From positions 96,001-160,000 of the forward strand of contig JBFOMH010000017.1 of NCBI GenBank assembly GCA_040830765.1: a stretch of DNA of 64,000 nt, in the 5' to 3' direction. Shown here one piece after another: positions 27,771-38,652 of this stretch. The notes under the pieces are model-generated. The model made no database searches and was not told the DNA's origin. It was given only the letters and a program-made list of their open reading frames with translations. Position numbers and translations under genes: made by a program. Source of the DNA: Puniceicoccaceae bacterium. Its GTDB lineage: Bacteria > Verrucomicrobiota > Verrucomicrobiia > Opitutales > Oceanipulchritudinaceae. How positions within the stretch are numbered: the first letter of the stretch is position 1; each line of letters starts with the position of its first letter.

Positions 27771-28457
27771 TCAAGGCGCGGGCGGAAAGGCCACCGGTGC
27801 GAGGATAATCAGGGCCAGGCCGGCAAGGACAACGGTGGCCAGGAGGCGCAGCTTGTTTATCGAGCGCAGCGAGATGTCCTCCGGAACCCGGCGTCCGAAA
27901 AGGCCGGCGATGAGGACAAAGTGGGCGAACCAGCCCAACTGTCCAACCAGTGCACCAAATCCGAACAGAGGGGCCAGCTCCCATCCAGGACCGGTCAAGT
28001 GGACGCTGACGGAAACGATGAGTCCAGCCCACAACGGAAGTCGCCAGGGCATGACCAGGCTGCGCCAGAAGCTTGATTTCACCAGCGCCCAGGTACCGCT
28101 CTCGGTCTCAACCCGCAGTGCCCGGACGGCGGGGGCCCGAGCACTCCGGAGAGCCATCCAGAGGAGAAAACCGGCGGCCAGCGCCCGCAGGCCGAGGTCA
28201 ACGGTCTGCCAAAGGCCTGAAAATTCAAACAGGATCAGGGCCGCGGCCACGCACCAGGGCAGTTGGCCCAGCGCCAGGCCCAGCGAGCAGGCCAGCCCGC
28301 ACAGCCAGCCACGGCTGACCGTCAGCTGAATGGCCCAGACTGATGCCGGCATGACAGTGGCCGAGTAGAGCAAGCTCATCCAGATTCCGCCCACTATTGC
28401 CAACTCGCTCATCTCCATACTGACCATCAATGAGACCCATTCCGGCCAATTCGTCAA
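27771..28457 (-). CDS. LysE-family translocator-like membrane protein
   Basis: About six hydrophobic helices; 'RGWLCGLACSLGLALG'; start uncertain. Confidence 0.6.
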   Translation of the reverse strand: MTNWPEWVSLMVSMEMSELAIVGGIWMSLLYSATVMPASVWAIQLTVSRGWLCGLACSLGLALGQLPWCVAAALILFEFSGLWQTVDLGLRALAAGFLLWMALRSARAPAVRALRVETESGTWALVKSSFWRSLVMPWRLPLWAGLIVSVSVHLTGPGWELAPLFGFGALVGQLGWFAHFVLIAGLFGRRVPEDISLRSINKLRLLATVVLAGLALIILAPVAFPPAP

Positions 28458-28532
28458 AGCCTTGTCGCCCTCTCGAAAGGAATCCCCTTTGTGACTTGAA
28501 ATGAACGGGACTTTGAATCACTTCTCCTATGC

Positions 28533-29679
28533 ATGACCATCGATTCAGAAATTCGAAATCAGCTGGAGGAAATCACGCGTCGCGCCGGTTACCTGTGGAG
28601 GTATCTTTGACGTCCCCAAGCGACAGGAGGACATAGCCGGTCTGGAGCAGCAGATGGCTGCAGAGGGCTTCTGGGACAACCAGGAGGCCGCCAACAAGAT
28701 CGTTACCGAGGCGAGCCACCTCAAGAGCAGCATCCAGCCCATCATCAAGTTCAACAGCCGGATCGAGGACGTCCAGACACTCATTGAACTGGTTGAAGAT
28801 TCCGAAGGTGACGAAGCCGACGAGTTTCTTAATGAAATCAGGGAATCTGTGGAAACGCTCACCGGTGAAATCGAGGAACTGGAGATACAGAGTTTCCTCA
28901 GTGGAAAGATGGACCGCAACAATGCGATCCTCTCCATCAATGCCGGGGCCGGGGGGACCGAATCCTGCGACTGGGCGGAGATGCTCTACCGGATGTATGT
29001 CCGCTGGGCCGAGCGAAATGGTTACCAGGTGGAAACAGACGACCTTGCCCCGGGTGAAGAGGCCGGGATCAGCCACGCCACCATCCGGATCATGGGACCC
29101 AACGCCTACGGCTATGCCAAGGCGGAGCGCGGTGTCCACCGCCTGGTCCGTATCAGTCCCTTCGACAGCAATGCCCGCCGCCATACCTCCTTTTGCGCGG
29201 TTGATGTCATCGCCGAGCTGGATGACGATATTGACATCGAGATCAAGGATGAGGATATCCGGGTCGACACCTACCGCGCTTCCGGAAAGGGCGGCCAGCA
29301 CGTCAACAAGACAGACTCCGCCGTGCGGATGACCCACCTACCGACCAATATTGTCGTCCAGTGCCAGAACGAGCGTTCCCAGCTCAAGAACCGCAACACG
29401 GCGATGAAAATGCTCAAGTCCCGCCTCTACGAAAAGTATGAGGACGACAAACGGGCCGAGATGGAGAAGTTTTATGGGGAGAAGGGCGAAATCGGCTGGG
29501 GCAACCAGATCCGATCCTACGTCTTCCAGCCGTACCAAATGGTCAAGGACCTGCGAACCGGGGTCGACACCTCGAATATCCAGCAGGTCATGGATGGTGA
29601 CTTGAATCGCTTCATTCATGCCTGGTTACGAGCTGGTGGACCAACCACCCGTAACAAGGACATCAAGATTGAGGACTAA
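28533..29679 (+). CDS. prfB: Peptide chain release factor 2, expressed by +1 programmed frameshift
   Basis: Frame 0 [25 protein letters not shown] stops at CTT TGA C (28605-28611); the +1 frame continues into the ORF with SPF and GGQ motifs. Confidence 0.97.
28597..28611 (+). other. prfB +1 frameshift site
   Basis: GGAGG-TAT-CTT-TGA-C: internal Shine-Dalgarno 3 nt before the slippery CTT TGA C. Confidence 0.95.
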
Positions 29680-29714
29680 GGACGAAAGACGAAGGACGAA
29701 GGACGATGGACAGG
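29673..29714 (+). repeat. Heptamer tandem repeat (GGACGAA-like x6)
   Basis: GGACTAA GGACGAA AGACGAA GGACGAA GGACGAT GGACAGG. Confidence 0.8.
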
Positions 29715-29722
29715 GTCGATCG

Positions 29723-31135
29723 ATGAAGAGTGAGGAGAGCAGTGAGTTGACATTTGAAGGCTTGAAGGAGGCCTTTGCCGGGCAAGCCTTGTTTGAAGAC
29801 AAGACCTGGCGGATCTCACCTGAGGCCTGGCCCCTGACGGCGAGGCAGATCCGGGAAGTCGAGATGGTCGGCCAGGCCTGCCTTGAATTCTACCGCGCGT
29901 CCGAGCTCCTCTACACCCGTTCCCACGAGGGGAAGACCATTCTTCGCAACGCGGACCTGAAGGTGCCGTGGGTGGCCGATTACCTTGACCGGGGGAAGCC
30001 GGCTCATCTGGTCGCTCATGCCCGCTCCAAGAGACTGCGCCGCAGCCACCCCATGGTCATCCGGCCGGACCTGTTGGCAACCGACGACGGATTGGCCCTG
30101 ACGGAAATCGATTCCGTTCCCGGAGGTATCGGGCTGACCGCTTTTCTCAACCAGCTTTACGGCTCCGAGCCGGGAATTGTCGGGGATGGAGGCAGGATGA
30201 TTGATGCCTTCTACACCTCAATGGCCTCATTACGCCCGGACAAGGAATTGCCGCTCATCACGATTGTCGTGTCAGACGAGGCATCGACGTATCGTCCTGA
30301 AATGGACTGGCTGGCGGAGCGCCTGCAGGAGCGGGGCAAGCGGGTTTACTGCCTGCATCCCGGGGATCTCTTCCCGGTGGGTGATACCCTCTGTGCGGAC
30401 ATCGACGGGGATCCCGAGGAAATCGATGTCATTTACCGGTTCTGGGAACTCTTCGATTTGGATAACATTCCCGTTGCCGAGCATATCTTCCAGATGCTGG
30501 AAAACGGAGCCCCCCTGGCAGTGACGCCCCCCATGCGCCATATCCAGGAGGAGAAGCTCAATCTCGCGCTTTTTCATCATCCGCGTCTGGCCGATTTTTG
30601 GCGGGAAAACCTGAGCAAGCCGAGCTGGAAGCTGCTCAGGCGGATCATTCCCGAGGGATGGATCATGGATCCGGTGGATCTGCCTCCCAATGCGGTCCTC
30701 GATGCCCCGCTTATTGGTGGCCGGCCCATTTACCGCTGGGAACAGCTGGGGGATGCCTCACAGAAAGAGCGCAACCTGATCATGAAGCTGAGCGGTTTCC
30801 ATGAGAATGCCTGGGGCGCCCGCAGCGTCCTCTACGGAAGCGATGCTTCCCGTGAGGAGTGGGTGGACGGAATCAACGAGGCCCTTGAGGGAGCGGCTGA
30901 TAATTTGTATTTACTCCAGGAATACAGAAAACCCGGTCTTTTGAAACATCCGGTTTTCAACCTTGAAGGAAAGCTCTACCCTATGAACGGCCGGTTGCGG
31001 CTCTGTCCCTACTATTTCGTCGAGGGAGACGGCGTCAGCCTTGGGGGCATCCTCGCCACCTTCTGCCCGGCGGACAAGAAGATCATCCACGGCATGCGCG
31101 ATGCCGCCCTGTTGCCGGTGAAGGCCGTGGAGTAG
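29723..31135 (+). CDS. Uncharacterised ATP-grasp-like ligase (glutathionylspermidine synthase/circularly permuted ATP-grasp-like)
   Basis: 'IRPDLL...LALTEIDSVPGGIG', 'IYRFWELF', 'EEK', 'LIMK.SG', 'LLQEY', 'RLRLCPYY'; start at MKSEES. Confidence 0.55.
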   Translation: MKSEESSELTFEGLKEAFAGQALFEDKTWRISPEAWPLTARQIREVEMVGQACLEFYRASELLYTRSHEGKTILRNADLKVPWVADYLDRGKPAHLVAHARSKRLRRSHPMVIRPDLLATDDGLALTEIDSVPGGIGLTAFLNQLYGSEPGIVGDGGRMIDAFYTSMASLRPDKELPLITIVVSDEASTYRPEMDWLAERLQERGKRVYCLHPGDLFPVGDTLCADIDGDPEEIDVIYRFWELFDLDNIPVAEHIFQMLENGAPLAVTPPMRHIQEEKLNLALFHHPRLADFWRENLSKPSWKLLRRIIPEGWIMDPVDLPPNAVLDAPLIGGRPIYRWEQLGDASQKERNLIMKLSGFHENAWGARSVLYGSDASREEWVDGINEALEGAADNLYLLQEYRKPGLLKHPVFNLEGKLYPMNGRLRLCPYYFVEGDGVSLGGILATFCPADKKIIHGMRDAALLPVKAVE

Positions 31136-31144
31136 GGGACCCAT

Positions 31145-31240
31145 GGAGTACAGGCGTCCCGCCTGTACGTGCCTGCCTACAGGCGGGACGCCTGTAGTCC
31201 TTTTGGCGGTTCCAACTACAGGCGGGACGCCTGTAGTCCT
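31145..31240. repeat. REP/BIME-like cluster (three palindromic units)
   Basis: GGAGTACAGGCGTCCCGCCTGT followed by two inverted copies ACAGGCGGGACGCCTGTAGTCC, between convergent genes. Confidence 0.85.
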
Positions 31241-31711
31241 TTATTGCCCCGCTTCCTTAAGGACGATCTCCGCATGCTTCTTCTCCACCGGTTGGATGGA
31301 CAGGCGCATGCCTCGCTGGGCCACCTTCATGTCCTTGAGGACCTTGTGTTCCTTGATCGCCTTGAGGGTGACTGGGGTCTTTAACTTGCGACGGTACTTC
31401 ACATCGACAAGCAACCAGCGGGGATTTTCCGGATCCGACTTGGGATCGTGGTACTTGCTCTTCTTGTCAAACTGGGTCGGATCGGGATAGGCGGCTTTTG
31501 AGGCAATCTCGGCCAGCCCGACGATTCCCGGTTCCGCGCACCTTGAGTGGTAGAAAAAGACGATGTCTCCCTTCTTCATGTCGTCCCGCATGAAGTTCCG
31601 CGCCTGGTAGTTGCGGATACCATCCCATGGTTCGGTCTTGCGGGGAGCATTCTTCAGATCGTCGATGGAGAAGACGTCGGGTTCGGATTTCATCAACCAG
31701 TAGTTGGGCAT
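31241..31711 (-). CDS. EVE domain protein
   Basis: YWLMKSEP..FSIDDL, WDGIRNYQARNFMR, FFYHS, RLSIQPV. Confidence 0.95.
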   Translation of the reverse strand: MPNYWLMKSEPDVFSIDDLKNAPRKTEPWDGIRNYQARNFMRDDMKKGDIVFFYHSRCAEPGIVGLAEIASKAAYPDPTQFDKKSKYHDPKSDPENPRWLLVDVKYRRKLKTPVTLKAIKEHKVLKDMKVAQRGMRLSIQPVEKKHAEIVLKEAGQ

Positions 31712-31727
31712 GGGATCAACCTATTGT

Positions 31728-32030
31728 TCAGGGGTTGGTGACTTTCGGCTTGGGACGGTAAAGGGATGCCGTGTGGCCGACTTCGCCACAGATAGTGGAG
31801 CGGGTCAGTTCGGCGGCCTCGGCCAGCCATGCTTTACGGGTGACCTTGTCCTTGACCTCGAGACGGACCTTAATCAATCCATCCCGCGCCAGGGCCGTGT
31901 TTAGCGCATCGACAACGGTCTTGCTGACGCCGGCCTTCCCGATAAGGACGGCGGGCTTAAGGTTCATGGCCTGGCCGCGCAGTTTCTTGCGTTCGGCTGA
32001 GGTCAGTTCCGGGGCGGGAGGAAGGTCCAT
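31728..32030 (-). CDS. YhbY/CRM-domain RNA-binding protein
   Basis: LTSAERKKLRGQAMNLKPAVLIGKAG...LIKV. Confidence 0.88.
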   Translation of the reverse strand: MDLPPAPELTSAERKKLRGQAMNLKPAVLIGKAGVSKTVVDALNTALARDGLIKVRLEVKDKVTRKAWLAEAAELTRSTICGEVGHTASLYRPKPKVTNP

Positions 32031-32031
32031 C

Positions 32032-34707
32032 TTAGGTTCCAATCGAATTGAGCCAGCCGGTGAGGACGGACTCCAGTTTATCCGGTTCCGAACCGCCGCC
32101 CATGGCGAAGTCAGGTTTGCCGCCGCCCTTGCCGCCGAGTTCAGCGGTCAGGGTGCGGATGATATCCCCCGCCTTGAAGCCCTTTTTGATGGCTTCCTCG
32201 GATGCCATGGCGATGAGGGTGACCTTCGGGCCGAATACGCCCCCGGTGACCAGCAGCCCATTGTTCAATTGCTTGAAGGTCTTGGCGGTGAGGGAACGCA
32301 GGTCGTTGGGGTTGTCCGCTTGTAGTTGCTTGGCCAGTACATCCATTCCGTCAATGGAGCGGATTTCGTCCTTGAGAGCGGCGGCCTGGTCTGCCTGGGC
32401 CTGGGACTTCGAGGCCTTGATGGCCCGTTCCGCCTCGACCAGGCGTTCCTGCATATCCTTGACGCGCTCCGGCAGTTCGTCCGGCTTGGCGGAGAAGCCG
32501 TGGGCGAGGGCAGTCAGGATATCAAAGCGCTGCTCGACAAGACTTGCGGCAGCCTCGCCACAAACGGCCTCGATGCGGCGGGTCCCGGCAGCAATGGCCG
32601 ATTCGGAGACAATCTTCAATAGCCCGATTTCGCCACTGGCGGAGACGTGGGTCCCGCCGCAGAGCTCCTTGCTCCAGCCTCCCATGTCGACCACGCGGAC
32701 AACGTCCCCGTACTTTTCCCCGAAGAAGGCAATGACATCTTCCGGCTTCTGGTCGAACGGCACCTCGTACCACTTGACGGGATCGTTCTCGAGAATCTTT
32801 TCATTGCAGAGCCGCTCAATCTCCCGCAACTGGTCGGCGGAAATCTGCTCGAAGTGGGAAAAGTCAAAGCGCAGGCGATCGGGACCGACGAAGGAGCCTG
32901 CCTGCTGCACGTGGGTACCGAGGACCGAACGCAGGGCCCAGTGGAGCACATGGGTGGCGGAGTGATGGCGCTGCACGGCCTTGCGGTAAGGGAGGTCGAC
33001 GTCGATGACGGCCGCTTTACCAGTCATCTGCTCGTCCAACTCGTCCTGTATCTCGTGCAGCACATGCCCGCTGTCATCCTTGGTGGTGTAGGTAACCGGA
33101 TACCGTTCCCCGTCAATGGTGAGGATGCCCTTGTCACCGACCTGGCCGCCCATCTCCGCGTAACAGGGAGTCTTGTCGAGGACGACGAAGGATTGGTCAC
33201 CCTCAGAATGAATCCGGAGGATGGTTGATTCTGTTCCTCTGAGGTTTTCCGGTTCGTAGCCGTTGAAGAGGGTCGGTTCGCTGCCGTCGTCCTCCTCACT
33301 GACCCGGATGACGCTGGACTGGCGGGCGGCACGGGCGCGCTCCCGCTGGATGTTCATTTCCTTCTGGAATCCGGAGGTATCGACGGTAAGTCCCTTTTCC
33401 GCGGCGATGATCTGTGTCAAGTCGAGCGGAAAGCCATGGGTGTCATAAAGCGTAAAGGCATCTTCGCCGCTGATCTGCTCCGGGTTGGTGGCAAAGATTT
33501 TTTCCAGCATCAGCAGACCGCGTTCGATGGTCCGTTCAAATGCCGCCTCCTCGCTGGCGATAACCTTGCGGATAACGGTTTCCTGTTCCTTCAGTTCAGG
33601 GAAGACCGGCCCGAGGATAGCAATAACGGGTTCCACCAGTTCGGTGAAAAAGCCATCCTTCAAGCTGAGCCGGCGTCCATAGAGGATGGCCCGGCGAAGA
33701 ATGCGGCGGAGGACGTAGTTGCGGCCCTCATTACCGGGAAGGATACCATCGGCAATGGCGCAGGAAAGGGTGCGAATGTGGTCGGCAATGACTCGGAAGG
33801 CGATGTCCAGCATCTCCTCTTCCGTCGGTTTGTGGGGATCCGCCGGCAGGCTGGCGCCGTAAGATGTGCCGCACATGGCGGTAATCTTTTCGAAGATCGG
33901 GCTGAAGAGGTCGCAGTTGTAATTGCTCGGCGGCTTGGAGAAGTCCGTGAAATTATCCGTCGTGCCGAGGATACCACAAACCCGCTCGAAGCCCATGCCG
34001 GTGTCGACATGCTTGTTCTTCAGCGGTGTGAATTTGCCATTTTCGTCGGCGTTGAACTGGATAAAGACAAGGTTCCAGAGCTCGATACAGAATGGGGAAT
34101 CGGCATTGACCAGCTTGCCCCCGGTATCACCGTCCGGTGTCAGGTCCATATGGATTTCCGAGCAGGGACCGCAGGGACCCGTATCGCCCATCATCCAGAA
34201 ATTGTCCTTTTTGCCACCGGTGAGGATACGCTCCTTAGGGTCGAGGCCACTCTTCTCCAGGACTTTCGCCCAGTAGTCGTAGGCTTCCTGGTCGAATTCC
34301 GCGGGATCGCCGTCGCCCGGCTTGTAGACCGTGACATAGAGCCGCTCCTTGGGAAACCCCCAGACGTCGGTCAACAGTTCCCAGCCCCATTCAATGGCCT
34401 CCTTCTTGAAGTAGTCCCCAAAGGACCAGTTGCCCAACATTTCGAAAAAGGTCTGGTGGTAGGTATCCAGCCCGACGTCATCGAGGTCGTTGTGCTTCCC
34501 GCCGGCCCGGATGCATTTCTGGGTATCCGCGACCCGGGAATGCGCGGCTTCCCGTTCCCCAAGGAAATAGGGGACAAACGGATTCATGCCGGCGTTGGTG
34601 AAGAGCAGGTTTGGTGCGGTTGGCATGAGGGAGGCAGACGGCACGATGTGGTGTTGCTTGCCGGCAAAGAAATCAAGGAAGGACTGGCGGACTTCTGCGG
34701 AGGTCAT
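32032..34707 (-). CDS. alaS: Alanine--tRNA ligase
   Basis: LLFTNAGM, FFEMLGNWSFGDYFK, DTGMGFER, HSATH, ELCGGTH, GGKGGGKP. Confidence 0.98.
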   Translation of the reverse strand: MTSAEVRQSFLDFFAGKQHHIVPSASLMPTAPNLLFTNAGMNPFVPYFLGEREAAHSRVADTQKCIRAGGKHNDLDDVGLDTYHQTFFEMLGNWSFGDYFKKEAIEWGWELLTDVWGFPKERLYVTVYKPGDGDPAEFDQEAYDYWAKVLEKSGLDPKERILTGGKKDNFWMMGDTGPCGPCSEIHMDLTPDGDTGGKLVNADSPFCIELWNLVFIQFNADENGKFTPLKNKHVDTGMGFERVCGILGTTDNFTDFSKPPSNYNCDLFSPIFEKITAMCGTSYGASLPADPHKPTEEEMLDIAFRVIADHIRTLSCAIADGILPGNEGRNYVLRRILRRAILYGRRLSLKDGFFTELVEPVIAILGPVFPELKEQETVIRKVIASEEAAFERTIERGLLMLEKIFATNPEQISGEDAFTLYDTHGFPLDLTQIIAAEKGLTVDTSGFQKEMNIQRERARAARQSSVIRVSEEDDGSEPTLFNGYEPENLRGTESTILRIHSEGDQSFVVLDKTPCYAEMGGQVGDKGILTIDGERYPVTYTTKDDSGHVLHEIQDELDEQMTGKAAVIDVDLPYRKAVQRHHSATHVLHWALRSVLGTHVQQAGSFVGPDRLRFDFSHFEQISADQLREIERLCNEKILENDPVKWYEVPFDQKPEDVIAFFGEKYGDVVRVVDMGGWSKELCGGTHVSASGEIGLLKIVSESAIAAGTRRIEAVCGEAAASLVEQRFDILTALAHGFSAKPDELPERVKDMQERLVEAERAIKASKSQAQADQAAALKDEIRSIDGMDVLAKQLQADNPNDLRSLTAKTFKQLNNGLLVTGGVFGPKVTLIAMASEEAIKKGFKAGDIIRTLTAELGGKGGGKPDFAMGGGSEPDKLESVLTGWLNSIGT

Positions 34708-34713
34708 TGTTTT

Positions 34714-34755
34714 GGTCGTAGGACTAAGGTCGTAGGTCGAAGGACTTAGGACTAA
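34714..34755 (+). repeat. Heptamer tandem repeat (GGWCKWA x6)
   Basis: GGTCGTA GGACTAA GGTCGTA GGTCGAA GGACTTA GGACTAA between leuB and alaS. Confidence 0.8.
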
Positions 34756-34784
34756 GGGCGCTTGGCGTTTTAAGAAAGGATTTT

Positions 34785-35885
<1,101 letters not shown>

Positions 35886-36000
35886 GATTTAATGACCAAA
35901 GCGTGCGAGGAGAGAAAATCCACCATCAAATGGCAATCCCTTTTCCTGTCGCCCGGTGAAGGGACTTGCCCTTGAGGCCCTTGGTTCTTTTTTTGGTTCT

Positions 36001-36915
36001 ATGTTGCAGCTCATCCGGGAGTCCTGGACCAGTGCGTCGACAAACACCAAGTTACTCCTGGTGTTCCTGTCCGTGGCTATCTTAAGCAGCCTTGCGGTAA
36101 TCACCATTGTCGTCCGCAACTGGCGTGCGGATGCCCCAATCGTCGAGGAAGACCTTAGCCAGCACAAAAGCCGCGATTTGCTCCGGGTCATCCGCCAAAC
36201 CGACATCGGTGAGGGTCCCGTTCAACTGTTGGGCATCGCCGAAAAGGCAGTCCTTGACCGCCACCTCAATGTCATCGGTGGAATTAAAAACATCTCCTCC
36301 ATATCCAGCATTCGTTTTTCCGGCCAGGTTACCTTTCAGGGTGGCCTCGTCCAGGAGGTCATTGTTGTCAAGAAAGGGGGCGACCGGATGCGGACATCGG
36401 TCCGCTCCAAGAAAACCCAAACATCATGGGTAATCTCTCCCGAGTCGAATTGGCGCGGGATCTGGGTGAATGGCAACCTGCGCGAGGTGCAGGACCTTGG
36501 GGATGACGAGCTGGAAAATTCCCTGCGCTACATCAATGTGGTCAGTGAGCTGTATCTTGCCCAGCAAAACGAATGGGACCTCCGTTATCTCGGCGTGAAG
36601 GACTTCAATTACCGGATGGCCCATGTCTTTGAAGTCAAGATGGGTCCCCGGCACATTGTTGAATTCTACATAGATCCGAACTCTTTCCTCGACATGGGCC
36701 AGGTTGAGAAAGTTTTCGAAAGCGATGGGACATTGAATATCACCCGCCGCATCCATAGGAAACACTTTCAAGCCAATGGCTTTACGCTACCCAGTCGTGT
36801 GGACACCTACGTCAATGGCGAGCTGATCCAAAGGTTCGACCTCGAATCCGCCATATTTAATGCAGGGGTGCTGGACTCCGTCTTTGAGCGGCCGGAACTG
36901 GACGTCACACCCTGA
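36001..36915 (+). CDS. Hypothetical membrane-anchored protein, possibly LolA/outer-membrane-sorting-like fold
   Basis: N-terminal TM; 'LDRHLNVIGG....ISSIRFSG', 'FYIDP..FL', terminal 'N.GV.DSVFERP'. Confidence 0.5.
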   Translation: MLQLIRESWTSASTNTKLLLVFLSVAILSSLAVITIVVRNWRADAPIVEEDLSQHKSRDLLRVIRQTDIGEGPVQLLGIAEKAVLDRHLNVIGGIKNISSISSIRFSGQVTFQGGLVQEVIVVKKGGDRMRTSVRSKKTQTSWVISPESNWRGIWVNGNLREVQDLGDDELENSLRYINVVSELYLAQQNEWDLRYLGVKDFNYRMAHVFEVKMGPRHIVEFYIDPNSFLDMGQVEKVFESDGTLNITRRIHRKHFQANGFTLPSRVDTYVNGELIQRFDLESAIFNAGVLDSVFERPELDVTP

Positions 36916-38254
36916 TACTTTTCAGGGGAGGCGGATCGGTGATTTGGCAGGCCGGATCGAGCAAATGGATCTGCTCCTTGAACCAGTCCCGGGCCTCCTG
37001 ATCCCCATGTGTAAGAACGACGGCCCGTGGATGGCGAGCCATCGCGTCCTGGAGAATGTCTTCCCGGTCGGCATGTGAACTGAGGTCGAATTTTTCAATA
37101 TGGGCGAGGGCCTGGACCGTCTTGCGCAAGGCCTTGAAGAGGAATTTTTCCCCCTGCCGCAACTTCAGTAATTTCCCCCCGGGGGTATCCGGGTCGCAAT
37201 AGCCGACAAAGCAAATCGTGTTCTGGTGGGAGCCCAGGAGTTCGGCGGCGGCACCGTAGCTGGGGGTATTTTCCACCATCATCCCACTGCTGAGGAGATA
37301 GATGGCCGGACCATCCCGTCCCGGGCGATGGTTTTGGGGCAATTTCATGGCACCCATCTCGCGGAACATCTTCTTGCGCATGTGCAGACGCGGATTCTTG
37401 CGGGCTATCTTGTCGAACTGGCCCATGAGGTCGATGCCCAGTCCACTGACATAAATCGGCAGGCGCTTGATGCGGCCTTCCGAGCGTGCCCGGTGGAAGA
37501 CACCGAGTAATTCCTGCATCCTTCCGAGGGCGAACACTGGTATCAGGGTGGAGCCACCGTGTGAGGCCGTGTGCTCAATGGTGCTGAGGAGTCTTTCCAG
37601 CTCGCTTGCCCTCGATGCCTGTCGCTGGGTTGCCCCACGGGTGGTTTCTATAATCATGGTATCCACATCCCCGCCCGGGAAGCGGGCACCGTCGAGCAGG
37701 GCCGTGTCGGAGAAGAGGACATCCCCGGTATGGAGAATCCGTCGATGCCGGTGCTCGAGGGAGATCCCCACGGCTCCTGGCACATGACCCGCGTCATGAA
37801 GTGTGAAGGTGATCCGTTCTCCGGAATCCGATTCAAAGTGGCGGGGCTGGCCGGGAGGGAGGCCGATAACCTGTCGTGAACAGGCCGTTATGTCGCGGTA
37901 GGAATAGAGCGGATATTCGCCAATGCCAAGTTCCACCCGCTGCCGATCCATTACGCGGTAGGAATTCTGCAGCATCCTTTTGTAGAACTGTTCGGAATCC
38001 CGGCTGGTAATGATGGGTGTGTTGGGATTGTCCCTGGCCAGCAGGGGGAGGGCTCCGAGGTGATCGAGGTGGCAATGGGTTAGAAAGATCAGGTCAATCG
38101 GGAGATCGCGCAAGCGTTCCAGGCGAGGCAGGGCTGCCGCACCAATCTGTTTTGGGTGAATGCCTGCGTCGATGACGATGTTCATCGAGTCCAGCTGCAG
38201 CAGGAGGCAGTTGGCCCCGATTCCTCCAGCGGCGTTCAAGTCGGTTAAGAGCAT
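36905..38254 (-). CDS. MBL-fold beta-CASP ribonuclease-like hydrolase
   Basis: THCHLDH, AGHVPGA, ETTRG, PVFALGRMQE, SSHAD, VLTHG. Confidence 0.9.
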   Translation of the reverse strand: MLLTDLNAAGGIGANCLLLQLDSMNIVIDAGIHPKQIGAAALPRLERLRDLPIDLIFLTHCHLDHLGALPLLARDNPNTPIITSRDSEQFYKRMLQNSYRVMDRQRVELGIGEYPLYSYRDITACSRQVIGLPPGQPRHFESDSGERITFTLHDAGHVPGAVGISLEHRHRRILHTGDVLFSDTALLDGARFPGGDVDTMIIETTRGATQRQASRASELERLLSTIEHTASHGGSTLIPVFALGRMQELLGVFHRARSEGRIKRLPIYVSGLGIDLMGQFDKIARKNPRLHMRKKMFREMGAMKLPQNHRPGRDGPAIYLLSSGMMVENTPSYGAAAELLGSHQNTICFVGYCDPDTPGGKLLKLRQGEKFLFKALRKTVQALAHIEKFDLSSHADREDILQDAMARHPRAVVLTHGDQEARDWFKEQIHLLDPACQITDPPPLKSIRV

Positions 38255-38652
38255 CCCGTATCTCCCGGTATCTTCAATTCAAATGAAGGGATGGGGACGG
38301 CAATCGGGGTACCGTTGGCATCCACTCCATGAAAGGCCCCCGAGACCAGGGAGCCCTTACCTGCGAGGTGGAAGGAGGCGTAGGAAAAGGATCGACCGGG
38401 CGCCAGTTCGGGCGTCTTGCCGACCACCTTGTCCCCCTCAATAACGTCGATTTGCCCATCCGTCTGGTGCAGGACCCATTTGCGGGCGAGGATAGTGACG
38501 GTTTGGTCGGAGTTATTGTGAATTGTCAGGTGGTAGGTGAAGACATGTGGCCTGCCGGGAGGGGTCTGGATTGGTTCGTAGGTATAATCCAGTCGGTCCA
38601 GGGTGACGAAGACGCCTTTCGGAGTAGAACGTGATTGCTGAGCCTGACCCAT
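38245..38652 (-). CDS. apaG: ApaG-family protein
   Basis: 'FTYHLTIHN', 'ARKW', 'GDKVVGKTPELAPG..FSY.S', 'IPSF'. Confidence 0.85.
   Translation of the reverse strand: MGQAQQSRSTPKGVFVTLDRLDYTYEPIQTPPGRPHVFTYHLTIHNNSDQTVTILARKWVLHQTDGQIDVIEGDKVVGKTPELAPGRSFSYASFHLAGKGSLVSGAFHGVDANGTPIAVPIPSFELKIPGDTGCS

Noticed and set aside
28608..28610. Selenocysteine readthrough or pseudogene at the prfB TGA
   Set aside because: The context is the canonical RF2 +1 frameshift and homology continues in the +1 frame
31145..31240. Possible CRISPR array
   Set aside because: Units are inverted relative to each other, spacers are too short and irregular, and there are no cas genes; fits REP elements
34708..34784. 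T-box or attenuator for alaS
   Set aside because: Region is only 77 bp and mostly heptamer repeat; no T-box motif
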